Below, one piece after another: positions 11,490-21,394 of a stretch of 64,000 nt of DNA. The stretch is from positions 2,949 to 66,948 of the forward strand of contig CAZLRP010000001.1 of the NCBI GenBank assembly GCA_964562105.1. Reading direction: 5' to 3'. Position 1 is the stretch's first letter, and each line of letters starts with the position of its first letter. The stretch comes from an uncultured Candidatus Saccharibacteria bacterium. Its GTDB lineage: Bacteria; Patescibacteriota; Minisyncoccia; Phycocordibacterales; GWA1-40-21. The position numbers and the translations under genes were made by a program. The notes below the pieces were generated by a model, which worked only from the letters and a program-made list of their open reading frames with translations, had not been told where the DNA came from and ran no database searches.

Positions 11490-12347
11490 CTATTTTTCTT
11501 CAATGATAGCCAAACCGCCAGAAATAAAAGAAATGTCTCCTAAATCATAAGTGATTAGCACTTTGCTTTTAATATCATTTAAAAAATCCAATATTTCTTT
11601 GTGTGGATGGCCATAACTATTATTTACTCCCGCAGAAATAACGGAGTATTCTGAATTAACGGCCGATAAAAATTCGGGAGAAAGAGAATTTTTTGACCCA
11701 TGGTGTGCAATTTTCAGCACATCGCTTTTTAATTCTGCTCCATCTGTTTTTGCCAGATATTCTAAAACATCAGTCGGCGCATCCCCAGTGAACATAAAAG
11801 TTGAATCCCCATAATAAAGCTCCGCCACGATAGAATATTTGTTTGTATCAGTTCCTTTTGGATTATTATTCGGATACAAAATTTTTAAATAAGCCCCGCC
11901 GCCAAGATCAAAAATTTTTCCCGTTCTCGCAATTTCTGTTTTTATATTCTTCTCCAAAATTTGATGCTCCAGTTCTTTGAAAGTTCCCGTGCTAGAAGTC
12001 GCTCCACTGCTTATGTATTTTCGAACGGAATAATTTTTAAAAACTTCGGGAATTCCTCCAATATGGTCTTGATCCGGATGAGTCACAAGAATCGCGTCTA
12101 TAGTCTTATCGTAAAAAGGCATTACCCTGCCCAGAGCATTTAAAATATTTTTATCCGGTCCCCCATCTATAAGAAGCTGATTGCCAATTGGCGATTCTAT
12201 AAAAATAGCATCGCCTTGGCCAACATCCAAAAATGAAACTTTTAAAACATTATTCCTGGTTTCGGCTACGACAGTATAAAAAATCATTCCGTTCACAAAA
12301 AGAAGCAGAGCCAAGAAATATATTTTTATTTTATTAAATTTAAACAT
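11490..12347 (-). CDS. ComEC/Rec2-related metallo-beta-lactamase domain protein
   Basis: FLDVGQGDA, THPDQDHIGG, AHHGS and YGHPH motifs. Confidence 0.93.
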   Translation of the reverse strand: MFKFNKIKIYFLALLLFVNGMIFYTVVAETRNNVLKVSFLDVGQGDAIFIESPIGNQLLIDGGPDKNILNALGRVMPFYDKTIDAILVTHPDQDHIGGIPEVFKNYSVRKYISSGATSSTGTFKELEHQILEKNIKTEIARTGKIFDLGGGAYLKILYPNNNPKGTDTNKYSIVAELYYGDSTFMFTGDAPTDVLEYLAKTDGAELKSDVLKIAHHGSKNSLSPEFLSAVNSEYSVISAGVNNSYGHPHKEILDFLNDIKSKVLITYDLGDISFISGGLAIIEEK

Positions 12348-12359
12348 TTTTTTGTATTG

Positions 12360-12719
12360 TGTCATTCCCGCGCAGGCGGGAATCCAGTGTTAAATTATAA
12401 TTCTGAACTCAAATCTTTCCATTCTGGATTTTCTTTTTCAATCAACCTTCTTTTCCATAGCCTATTCCATCTTTTTATGCATTTTTCTCTTAATATCGCA
12501 CTTTCTATATCTGTTGTCTGTTCATAATATACAAGAGTTTTAACATTGTATTTTTTAGTAAAACCTTCAACTAAACAATTTTTGTGCTCATATACTCTTC
12601 TCAATAAATCGTTTGTAACTCCGATATACAATGTCCCATCACGCTTACTCGCTAAAATGTAAACATAATAATATTTCATGAAAAGATTATACTGGATTCC
12701 CGCCTTCGCGGGAATGACA
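12360..12719. mobile_element. GIY-YIG gene bracketed by inverted dRS3/REP-like palindromes
   Basis: tgtcattcccgcgcaggcgggaatccagt on the left, actggattcccgccttcgcgggaatgaca on the right. Confidence 0.7.
12395..12679 (-). CDS. Small GIY-YIG nuclease (UPF0213/YhbQ-like)
   Basis: YYVYILAS...TLYIGVTNDLLRRVYEHK...REKCIKRW. Confidence 0.93.
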   Translation of the reverse strand: MKYYYVYILASKRDGTLYIGVTNDLLRRVYEHKNCLVEGFTKKYNVKTLVYYEQTTDIESAILREKCIKRWNRLWKRRLIEKENPEWKDLSSEL

Positions 12720-12723
12720 AATA

Positions 12724-14247
12724 CTAAAGAGCTACCGGATAACTTTTTCTATTTTGATAAATAATCCAAATTCCAATGAAAAAATAATACGCGACCATTA
12801 TAGCAAATGAAAAAAACGTTATATTCGCAGTGGAAAATGGCAGATTCGCGAAAAATTCTGAAACATTAATCATATATGCAAGTAATATCCAAGAAATCCA
12901 TGCGAAAGGAAGCGCAAGTGGAAGCCAAATAAAGCCAAGTGTCCCAGTGATAAAACCAAAAAGCATTGTTGCAGGTATAAAAGCAATAACAAAAATATTT
13001 GCAGGCAACGCGACAAGCGATAGCAAGCCCATTTTATAAAGTATTAAAGGCAAGACTAATATTTGTGCCGAGATTGTTGATGCGATTATATCTCGCAAGC
13101 CGAATTTTTCTGTTATGAAACTAAATTTATTTTTAATAATTGGTGAAACATAAATTATTGCAACAGTCGCGAGAAAAGAAAGCTGAAAAGAAATATCAAA
13201 AACTAAAATTTTCGGATTTATAATTATCATTAATAATCCGGCCAGAACAAGAGCCCTGCCCGCTTGATAATTTCTATGAGTAACAGAAGCTAAGATAACG
13301 ATAAGCGCCATTATTCCCGCTCTTACAGCGGTTGAAGATGCACCCGACATAATTATAAAAAGAATTATACCAGTCACACCTCCAAAAAATCCGGCATTTC
13401 GCGGAAGAAAAGAAAGTATTTTCATTATTGCATTTGCTACGATTGTAATATTGTACCCGGAAAGCGCCACAATATGCGAAAGTCCGGCTTTGCGGAAAAT
13501 TTCGGTCGTGTTTACATCCATTGAACTTTTTGCGCCAAGCAATATACCGGAAAGCAACGGGGCTTCCGGCGCGCTAATAGTTTTATTTATATTGCCAATA
13601 AAAGAATTTTTAAAATTAAATAATAAATTTTTAATTACATTTCCATGCCTGCTAGAAATCAATTCGGTTTTTGCAAAATCAACTTTGTAATAAATATCAT
13701 CCTTTGCTAAATATGAAATATAATCAAACGTTGTAGATGAAATATTGTTTGAATTAGAAAAATTTTCTGGTTTTTCAAGTTTCCCTGAAATTTTTATTAG
13801 ATCTCCATATTTTAGTTCCGGATATAAGTCCGTACTCACAACTCCTTTGCCAGAAACATCAATACTGGAGTTTGCAATAACAATATTTTTAAAATCAACT
13901 ACCAGTATCGCCTGCTTATCTTTTCTTGTAGGTTCATCTGAAATTACACCCGCCAGAGAAATTTTATTACCAATATTGTTTTCCAAATTGAAGTCAAGCA
14001 TTTCTAAATCTTTTAATTCGTATCTGAATATTCCCAGAGCGAAAGAAAAAATAAAAATGGTTATCAGAAAAATTTTTTGACCACTTTCAATATCAACGAC
14101 AAAAAATTTTCTGAACAAAAATAAAATTATTGAAAGAAAAATCAAAAAAATAGAAAAAGTAACTCCGAATTTAAAAAATGAGCATAAAAAAATCGCCAAA
14201 ACAAAACCGATGATTGCTATTGCCAGTAAAGAATCCTTTTTCACCAA
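12724..14247 (-). CDS. comEC: ComEC competence membrane protein
   Basis: GLSHIVALSGYN, RAGIMA and SFQLSFLA motifs; multiple TM segments. Confidence 0.92.
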   Translation of the reverse strand: MVKKDSLLAIAIIGFVLAIFLCSFFKFGVTFSIFLIFLSIILFLFRKFFVVDIESGQKIFLITIFIFSFALGIFRYELKDLEMLDFNLENNIGNKISLAGVISDEPTRKDKQAILVVDFKNIVIANSSIDVSGKGVVSTDLYPELKYGDLIKISGKLEKPENFSNSNNISSTTFDYISYLAKDDIYYKVDFAKTELISSRHGNVIKNLLFNFKNSFIGNINKTISAPEAPLLSGILLGAKSSMDVNTTEIFRKAGLSHIVALSGYNITIVANAIMKILSFLPRNAGFFGGVTGIILFIIMSGASSTAVRAGIMALIVILASVTHRNYQAGRALVLAGLLMIIINPKILVFDISFQLSFLATVAIIYVSPIIKNKFSFITEKFGLRDIIASTISAQILVLPLILYKMGLLSLVALPANIFVIAFIPATMLFGFITGTLGFIWLPLALPFAWISWILLAYMINVSEFFANLPFSTANITFFSFAIMVAYYFFIGIWIIYQNRKSYPVAL

Positions 14248-14310
14248 AATATTTTAGCATAAATTAAAACCCTAGCAGAATATACTGCTAGGGCTCAACC
14301 AAGAATGTTG

Positions 14311-14679
14311 TTAATTAGAAGTATGCTGATTCTCATAATGTATGAGTAGCCCAGAAATAAGAGTTATTCTGTAGCCATCAGCAACAATAGAAATCGAAAC
14401 AATCTTCTTGTTCGGAAATTGCTTTTCCCACATTCCCTTTTTTTTCATGATTGCTTTAATACGTTCATCAGTTCCACCCCCTGTATCAATCTTAATGTAG
14501 ACTGTACTTTGTTGATCGTCATAGATATCTTGATCTTGAGCCACATTTGCACTTGAATTTTCAAGTAAAGCCTTCTCTGCAAAGGAAATATATCTATTTT
14601 CCAAATTACCACTATTACCACAACATGTCAGGGTAAAACCACAAAACAGTATTGTAATTACTATGTAAGGTACTTTCAT
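14311..14679 (-). CDS. Hypothetical lipoprotein-like protein
   Basis: GGAGG SD; hydrophobic N-terminus followed by Cys. Confidence 0.55.
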   Translation of the reverse strand: MKVPYIVITILFCGFTLTCCGNSGNLENRYISFAEKALLENSSANVAQDQDIYDDQQSTVYIKIDTGGGTDERIKAIMKKKGMWEKQFPNKKIVSISIVADGYRITLISGLLIHYENQHTSN

Positions 14680-14838
14680 CTTCAACACCTCCTTAATAAG
14701 ATTACTGTTCCTTTTGCATCAAAATTATGCAAAAGATCCCAGATCAAAAACTCCTTTTTAAGAAAAGCATATTTATAACTAATCGTCAATATAACATAAT
14801 ATTTCACATATCTAAAAACAAAGGTGGAGCCTTTGTTA

Positions 14839-15546
14839 TTATTTTCCCCAACTTTTTAAAATTTCTTTTTCATCTTCTGCATTCGTCGCTTTTTTAAATT
14901 TTACATCGCCTTTTATTCCCTTCACTCTTTTCTCGCATTCGGACCAAGTTTTATCAATTTTCAAAACTCCGTGCACCAAGCTCAAATATGAATATGCGGG
15001 CTTATTATTTTTGATTTTATGAGCTTTTTTTGTCCCATTCCCTTTTATAGATGACAAATCAACTTCATAATCAGAAAGTTTGCCTTTAAAAAGTTTTATT
15101 TCAACGTCGTCGGCAAAAGTTGTTGCAATTTCATCGCATCTTTCATTTCCGGCAATTCCAACATGCCCGCCGACATAATTCCATTTTATTTTTCTTCCTT
15201 TTGAAGCCGCTATCAGATCTTCCCACAAATCACGATTCTGCACATCATCTTTTGTAGAATTTTTCCATCCATTTTTCTGCCATCCATAAACCCATTTCGT
15301 TATCCCATTTATTACGTATGAAGAATCTGTATTGAGCACAATTTCTCCCAACTTGGAAGCGAAGCTTCCAAGTGAAGATAGCGCATTTATCGCGCCTAAA
15401 AGCTCCATTCTGTTATTTGTTGTGTGATCTTCTCTTCCACCAAGCTCCATTACTTTATCACCCATAACAACAATAGCCCCCCACCCACCTGGGCCAGGGT
15501 TCCCCCTTGAAGAACCGTCGCTAAAAATAACAATGTCTTTTTTCAT
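14839..15546 (-). CDS. rnhA: Ribonuclease HI with C-terminal hybrid-binding (viroplasmin-like) domain
   Basis: DGSSRGNPGPGGWG, TTNNRMEL, GHVGIAGNERCD; C-terminal TWSECEKRVKG. Confidence 0.92.
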   Translation of the reverse strand: MKKDIVIFSDGSSRGNPGPGGWGAIVVMGDKVMELGGREDHTTNNRMELLGAINALSSLGSFASKLGEIVLNTDSSYVINGITKWVYGWQKNGWKNSTKDDVQNRDLWEDLIAASKGRKIKWNYVGGHVGIAGNERCDEIATTFADDVEIKLFKGKLSDYEVDLSSIKGNGTKKAHKIKNNKPAYSYLSLVHGVLKIDKTWSECEKRVKGIKGDVKFKKATNAEDEKEILKSWGK

Positions 15547-15588
15547 TGAAATGATAATACCATACGTTATACAAAATGAAAAAAGCAT

Positions 15589-15661
15589 TGTCATCCCCGC
15601 GGAGGCGGGGATCCAGTATTAAATCAATTCATACTGGATTCCCGTTTTCACGGGAATGACA
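15589..15661. repeat. Gene-less dRS3/REP-like doublet
   Basis: tgtcatccccgcggaggcggggatccagt...actggattcccgttttcacgggaatgaca. Confidence 0.85.
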
Positions 15662-15670
15662 ATACAAAAA

Positions 15671-16063
15671 CTATCCTTCATACTCGTCTGTTGTGTCTTT
15701 TTCTCCATCAACTTTTGTTTTGTGAACTATTCCATCTTTGTGATGAGGTGGCATATATATTGTATAAAGTTTCAAAGGTTTTTCGCTTGAAGTATTTATT
15801 ACGTTATGCTGCGAGCCAGCAGGAACAACTATCGCAAAACCGTCAGAAAAAATCGCCCCTTCTCCATCAATAACCACTTTTCCTTCCCCACTATCAACTC
15901 TAAAGAATTGGTCAGAAGTTTCATGAACTTCCATCCCTATTTCTTCATTTGGAAGTAAACTCATCACTACTACCTGTCCATGCTTTGAAGTATAAAGTAC
16001 TTTTCTAAAATTCTCATTATTTAATGTTTCGTTTTCAATATTTATTACAAATCCTTTTTTCAT
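15671..16063 (-). CDS. Cupin domain protein
   Basis: EIGMEVHETSDQFFRV...VPAGSQHNVIN. Confidence 0.9.
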   Translation of the reverse strand: MKKGFVINIENETLNNENFRKVLYTSKHGQVVVMSLLPNEEIGMEVHETSDQFFRVDSGEGKVVIDGEGAIFSDGFAIVVPAGSQHNVINTSSEKPLKLYTIYMPPHHKDGIVHKTKVDGEKDTTDEYEG

Positions 16064-16387
16064 AAAATTAGTTTTTAGGTTTTAGCTTTTAGGTGTTAGC
16101 TTAAAACCAAATTAATTTAATAAATAACCCACCTAAAAGGTCTTTTTTATTTTTACGTAACATATTTTACACAAGTGAAATTTTTTTACCTTACTGTTTT
16201 TGTCTGGTGGACTTAAAAGAATCGCCCCGAAATCGGTTAATTCTTTTTTACATTTATCGCAAATCGGTTTTATCGCCATACAACTATTGTATCAAATTGA
16301 TGATATAATATCATCTAATAAGATTTATTAAATTAATTTGAATTATTCGTAGCCATTCGTAACATTCGAATAATTTTCGTATATTAT

Positions 16388-16594
16388 ATGGAACAAGAAA
16401 CAATAAAAAAGCTCGCAGAGCTTGAAGAAAAAATTAACAATGTTTATGTATCGGTGGAAAAAACCAGAAAATATTTTTTTTGGACAATGATTATCACAAT
16501 AGCCGTAGTTGTTTTGCCTGTAATTGGGCTAATGTTTGCATTACCGTCATTTATGACTAATTATGTTGGCAGTTTACAAGGTTTGGGGATATAG
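16388..16594 (+). CDS. Small hypothetical membrane protein
   Basis: 68-aa ORF with a coiled N-terminus and a TM helix. Confidence 0.65.
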   Translation: MEQETIKKLAELEEKINNVYVSVEKTRKYFFWTMIITIAVVVLPVIGLMFALPSFMTNYVGSLQGLGI

Positions 16595-16617
16595 ACATAT
16601 GCTCACAAAAAATCAAT

Positions 16618-16756
16618 CCGGGTAGTAGATTTTGACATTAAAATTGTTTTTTGTTAAAACAAGATTTGATATATCTTAAAACAAACCATTATTTAATACT
16701 AACTGCTGTAATATTTAGCTAAATTTTAAAAAACTATGTCAAAATTCACTACCCGG
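16618..16756. mobile_element. MITE-like derivative of the GIY-YIG TIR element, inserted in the 5' end of a TrmH-family gene
   Basis: Ends ccgggtagtagattttgacat / atgtcaaaattcactacccgg; flanks caat/caag. Confidence 0.8.
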
Positions 16757-17488
16757 CAAGCAAAACTTATAAAATCTCTGCATGAAAAGAAAAACCGAGC
16801 TCTACTCGGACTATTTTTAGTCGAAGGAGAAAAAAGTGTTTCGGAATTATTAAATTCTGATTTTGAAATAGATTTGTTACTTACGACAACGGAATTTTTT
16901 GATAAGTTTGGAGAAAAAGTAAGAGAAAAATCAAATTTATTTGAAATAGTCAGCCAAATAGAAATAGAAAAAGTTGGGACATTTGAAACAAATGATTCTG
17001 CGCTCGCGGTGGTAAGACAAAAAATAAATAAATCTTTTGAAATTGGAACAAGTAAAATTGTGTTGGCTCTCGATGAAATAAAAGATCCGGGAAATTTGGG
17101 AACAATTATCAGGATTGCCGACTGGTACGGAATAAAAAATATTGTTGCTTCAAAAGAGACGGTTAATTTTTATAATCCAAAAGTTGTCACTGCGACAAAA
17201 GGTTCTTTTTCCAGAGTAAATATATTTTACACTGACCTGAAAGATTTCCTTTCCAAGCAAAAACTGCCGATTTTTGGAGCATTTTTAAATGGTAAAAATA
17301 TTCACGAAACAAAATTTCCTTCTAGCGGAATACTCCTCTTGGGAAATGAATCACACGGCATTAGCAAAGAAATAGAAGATTTAGTTACTGAAAAAATAAC
17401 AATTCCTAAATATGGAGAAACAGAGTCTTTGAACGTCGCGATAGCCACAGCAATAATTCTGGATAATTGGAAAAGGAATTTCTCTTGA
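16736..17488 (+). CDS. TrmH/SpoU-family RNA methyltransferase
   Basis: FLVEGEK, DPGNLGTIIR, GNESHGIS and ESLNVA motifs. Confidence 0.93.
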   Translation: MSKFTTRQAKLIKSLHEKKNRALLGLFLVEGEKSVSELLNSDFEIDLLLTTTEFFDKFGEKVREKSNLFEIVSQIEIEKVGTFETNDSALAVVRQKINKSFEIGTSKIVLALDEIKDPGNLGTIIRIADWYGIKNIVASKETVNFYNPKVVTATKGSFSRVNIFYTDLKDFLSKQKLPIFGAFLNGKNIHETKFPSSGILLLGNESHGISKEIEDLVTEKITIPKYGETESLNVAIATAIILDNWKRNFS

Positions 17489-17593
17489 TTTCTATTGTTT
17501 TGTCTAGCTTTAATTTTAAATTTAACTTCAATTGTTACGCTTACTGGTAGTCGTAAATCGTGTATATTTATTAATTTAATTTTTATTAAATTT

Positions 17594-17743
17594 ATGTTAA
17601 CTACAATTGCAGTTATTTTGATTATTCTCTGGCTTCTCGGTTTAGTAACTTCTTTTACAATGGGAGGATTCATTCATATCCTTATTGTCATAGCGATTAT
17701 TATGATTTTAGTTAGATTAATCAAGGGAGAAAGAATAATCTAA
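17594..17743 (+). CDS. lmo0937/DUF5670-like small membrane protein
   Basis: MLTTIAVILIILWLLGLVTSFTMGGFIHIL. Confidence 0.8.
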   Translation: MLTTIAVILIILWLLGLVTSFTMGGFIHILIVIAIIMILVRLIKGERII

Positions 17744-17852
17744 AAAAAACATTTGGATAAAATATCAGGCATCTGATTAAAAAACAGCCTCAAGCTGTTT
17801 TTTAAATAAAACTAGCCCGAACCTTACGGTTCGGGCTTGTTTGCTGATGAGA

Positions 17853-18200
17853 TCAATCACCAAACGCTTGAAAAAACTGTTTGCATTGCGGGCATTGCGC
17901 CTGCGTCTCACCCTTCTTTTTCTCGTTTAATTTACATTTGCAATCCGGACAAAAATCCAGATGCAGAGTCATGGGGTAACCAACTTTCGTTTCGTTGCAT
18001 ATTGGACAATAATTCGGGTCGCCAGTCCTGCCAACTTCAAACATTTCTCTCCCAGACACCTTGATAAAATTGCTTATTTTTTTCATCCCCTCGGGCGTGC
18101 AAGCAACACGAATCACACCTTTCAAAGGTACCAATTCGTGTTCATCATTACCACAACAAAGAACTTCTTCTGCTTCTCTTAAAACCTCTGTTTTTGGCAT
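17853..18200 (-). CDS. Hypothetical zinc-ribbon protein
   Basis: Three CxxC motifs; AGGAGG SD. Confidence 0.6.
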   Translation of the reverse strand: MPKTEVLREAEEVLCCGNDEHELVPLKGVIRVACTPEGMKKISNFIKVSGREMFEVGRTGDPNYCPICNETKVGYPMTLHLDFCPDCKCKLNEKKKGETQAQCPQCKQFFQAFGD

Positions 18201-18354
18201 TTTGCCACCTCCTAATTTAAAATATAAACATAAATATAATAGAGTAAATAACTAAAATGTCAAGCATATGTAAATTGGAATAAAAAAACGGCGCTGGTTT
18301 TTTAAACCTAACGCCGCTAAACTATTTGCATTCGCCATCTACTATTGGTACTTT

Positions 18355-18894
18355 CTAGTCACAAATAGTAATGTCCGGTGCTTGAAAAAGAGTGTAAGTT
18401 TCACCAAAATATCCCGAGGTAGGACGACGTATTGTTTCTTGCCACAGTAAATGCAAGCTTTTCATAACCTCGATTGGAATTGTATCCAACAAAAGAATCG
18501 GAACTTCCACATTAGGATTTGTTATTTCTCGTAAAAAATTATCATATTCCTTTTTTGAATAGATAGTTTTTTTATCATGATTAACAAGTCTGACACGATA
18601 AATTGTGCCCTTCTTACTTGGCACATAATCATCTGACATGAGAAGTTCTTTTAAATAGGAAGGAATCTCAATCCCATTACGCTCATGATGAGTCACCCAT
18701 TCCTTGCCTTCCCAACCGGGAGATTTAAGCGAAAAAAACATTATAGCACCTTTGTCCAGTCCTGAAACTTTTTTAGTTACTATTGTAACTTCGTCGCGGA
18801 GTATCTTAATAATTCCTGCGTTTCCGCCAACCTTACTTTTAATACCCTTCCATTGTTCATCGTGCGACGGCATACCAATAAATTTCTTTCCCAT
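18355..18894 (-). CDS. Hypothetical protein, paralog of 52260..52838
   Basis: Shared GW.G..WV...LL.S.DY.P..KG block; AGGAGG SD. Confidence 0.65.
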   Translation of the reverse strand: MGKKFIGMPSHDEQWKGIKSKVGGNAGIIKILRDEVTIVTKKVSGLDKGAIMFFSLKSPGWEGKEWVTHHERNGIEIPSYLKELLMSDDYVPSKKGTIYRVRLVNHDKKTIYSKKEYDNFLREITNPNVEVPILLLDTIPIEVMKSLHLLWQETIRRPTSGYFGETYTLFQAPDITICD

Positions 18895-19093
18895 ACTAGA
18901 CCTCCTTTCTCAGCTATTGGCTGAAATTTTATTTTAAAGAACAAAAGAAAAATAACTTCATATCAACGGTATAACTTAAGATAATTTCTGTCAAGCACAA
19001 TTTACTTATAAACCTAATGAGACACTTTACCAAACTTAAGTATTGTGGTAGCTTTACGCGGGCTTGATCATTCCAATTCTATAGGAGGTATTT

Positions 19094-19498
19094 ATGGAAC
19101 CATTTGAAATGGAAGTTTTGGCGGGCAATGCGTTGTTTGTCCTTCTGTGTTTGGTCCCGTTAAATATTGAGGAGATTGTTGATGTTTGGAGTATGTATTC
19201 AAAAGAGTTTGAGGATGCTCTCAATATGAGCAATAGCCATGATTGCGGTAACTATTGGATGACTCCGAAAAAAGAACAGGCGCTTCTGAAAGAGTACTTA
19301 CTAAAAGAAGAAATCGTCGAAGAAATAAATGAAATTTTTAAGGGTAAAAGAATCAAATCTTTAAAAATAACGGTGGAAGGAAAAATCTATCTTCAGAAAT
19401 TAATAAATGACGGCATAAAATTCAAATGTAAAACAAGATTGATCAAAGATAAACACTTAATTATTGACACAAAGTGCAAAAGAAAAAAACATAAGTAA
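19094..19498 (+). CDS. Hypothetical protein
   Basis: 134-aa ORF with AGGAGGT SD. Confidence 0.55.
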   Translation: MEPFEMEVLAGNALFVLLCLVPLNIEEIVDVWSMYSKEFEDALNMSNSHDCGNYWMTPKKEQALLKEYLLKEEIVEEINEIFKGKRIKSLKITVEGKIYLQKLINDGIKFKCKTRLIKDKHLIIDTKCKRKKHK

Positions 19499-19643
19499 TC
19501 ATCTTACTCACAACCAAAACCACCCCTAAAAAGGTGGTTTTTATTATTATAGAAAATAAAAAACACGACATGTGTTTTTTATAAAAATTAAGGAGTGCTT
19601 TGTTTATTACAGTTTAATACTAGTTGTGGATTTTCTTTTGGTT

Positions 19644-20381
19644 TTAATGACCAATAAATTTAACAAGATACATGATAGCAATACCAATAACAAAAACAAA
19701 AAAAGAAATTATTGATGTTTTAAAATTAGATTCTTTTCTGATCTCAGGTATTAGATCCGAAGCAGCAATATAAACAAAGCCACCAGCAGCAAAAGGCATA
19801 AGATAAGGCAATAAGCTCTCAAGCGATGAGAATAAAAAATAGCCGGCTACTCCACCCAAAACCACAGTTAGAGCAACAATATAATTTAAAATTAGAGCCG
19901 TCTTTCTTTTGAAACCGGCATAAATAAGAACACCATAATCTCCTATTTCCTGAGGTATTTCATGAACAGCAATAGCAATAGTAGTAGCAATACCCAATTT
20001 AAAATTAATCATAAAAACGCTAGCGATTACCAAACCATCAATAAAATTATGGACACTGTCTCCTACCAAATTCATATAACCGAAAGTATGCACCGAACAA
20101 TCCGCTTTATGACAGTGTCTCCAGTGCAATATCTTTTCAATTAGGAAAAAGACTACAAAAGATATCAAAAATATTTTAAATAATAGATTGGTCTCTACTA
20201 CTTCCGAGGCTTCTGGCAACAAATGAAGAAAGGCTCCACCCATTAGAGCCCCCGCCGATAACGATACTAGAAAAATCAAAATCTTATCTAAAATATCTTT
20301 CTTAAAAAAAATAAATAAAATCGCAACCCAAACGCATAAGGTTATTAAAAAAGTCGCTAAAATTATGGAAAATAAAGTCAT
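19644..20381 (-). CDS. ZIP-family metal transporter
   Basis: HLLPE, HNFIDG, HEIPQEIGD motifs. Confidence 0.93.
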   Translation of the reverse strand: MTLFSIILATFLITLCVWVAILFIFFKKDILDKILIFLVSLSAGALMGGAFLHLLPEASEVVETNLLFKIFLISFVVFFLIEKILHWRHCHKADCSVHTFGYMNLVGDSVHNFIDGLVIASVFMINFKLGIATTIAIAVHEIPQEIGDYGVLIYAGFKRKTALILNYIVALTVVLGGVAGYFLFSSLESLLPYLMPFAAGGFVYIAASDLIPEIRKESNFKTSIISFFVFVIGIAIMYLVKFIGH

Positions 20382-20391
20382 GATTATTATA

Positions 20392-20679
20392 TTATTTGTG
20401 TTTAGTTATTTGTATTGCCTTGCCGTTTACTAAGGCATCGGCAATTTTCTTATAAACAGAGTAAAGTATTCTCTGATAAGTGCTAGGTGTAGCCCCCATT
20501 TTCTTAGCCGCTTCTATTTGCTCCAAATCATCAATATGACGTAGACGATAAGCTTCTATCTCTTCCAAAGAAATCTCTACTACTTCTAAATTACGTAAAG
20601 GTATTCCTTGCGGTTTAAAATAAACAACATTTGGTTCAAACTTTATTTTTCGGCAAAAACATAAATTTGGTCTTGGCAT
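20392..20679 (-). CDS. DUF134 domain DNA-binding protein
   Basis: MPRP...YFKPQGIP...EEIEAYRL...KKIADALVNGKAI. Confidence 0.88.
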   Translation of the reverse strand: MPRPNLCFCRKIKFEPNVVYFKPQGIPLRNLEVVEISLEEIEAYRLRHIDDLEQIEAAKKMGATPSTYQRILYSVYKKIADALVNGKAIQITKHK

Positions 20680-20755
20680 ATGTGTATATTATTATAAAAC
20701 ACATGAAAAAGGAACGAGAAATAAGTATCTCGTACCTTTTTCATTTTGTTTCAGT

Positions 20756-21004
20756 CTACAACTTCTTAAGTTCTTCTTCGATCAGTTTCTTCTCCTCTTC
20801 CAAAATTTGTTTTTTATCCTCTTTGGTAACCGATTGATTATTCCAAAAAGGACAACCTGAACAAAAACGACCAAAACCTTGACCCCGGCCTCGTCCACGA
20901 CCAAGTCCACCTCTGCCTGAACCGCCAGTTCCTGGGCAATTACCCATACTGCGACCGGTTCTTGGGCCTTGTCCTTGCGGACCAGTTCCATCTAATCTAG
21001 GCAT
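20756..21004 (-). CDS. DUF5320-like glycine-rich protein
   Basis: MPRLDGTGPQGQGPRTGR...GRGRGRG. Confidence 0.8.
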   Translation of the reverse strand: MPRLDGTGPQGQGPRTGRSMGNCPGTGGSGRGGLGRGRGRGQGFGRFCSGCPFWNNQSVTKEDKKQILEEEKKLIEEELKKL

Positions 21005-21394
21005 AATATTATTTAATTAATGAGACTTTTAAAAATTTAGCTCGACCAAACCTAACTAACCATATTGAGTATATACCCATAACTATTTTAAGTCAAGTAA
21101 TAAAAAAACGCCTGAGACCTGGACCAATTTTGTAACTCAAGAAAACGATATGTCCATAATTTTTATTAAAGCAACCAAAAAGAGTTGTCCTCAAGCTTTT
21201 TAATTCGCTTTACTCACTTGAGTACCGCCTTCGTCTCTCAATTTTCTATAGTCATAGAAAAAATGTAGTCTGCAAATACGACTTACTTGTTTACTTATTT
21301 TGAGGTGGTGTTGTGAAGGATGCTAGAACTGTGTTTGATATAAAAAATGATACAGATATCTATATTCCCACATTTTATCCTGCTTCTGAATATA

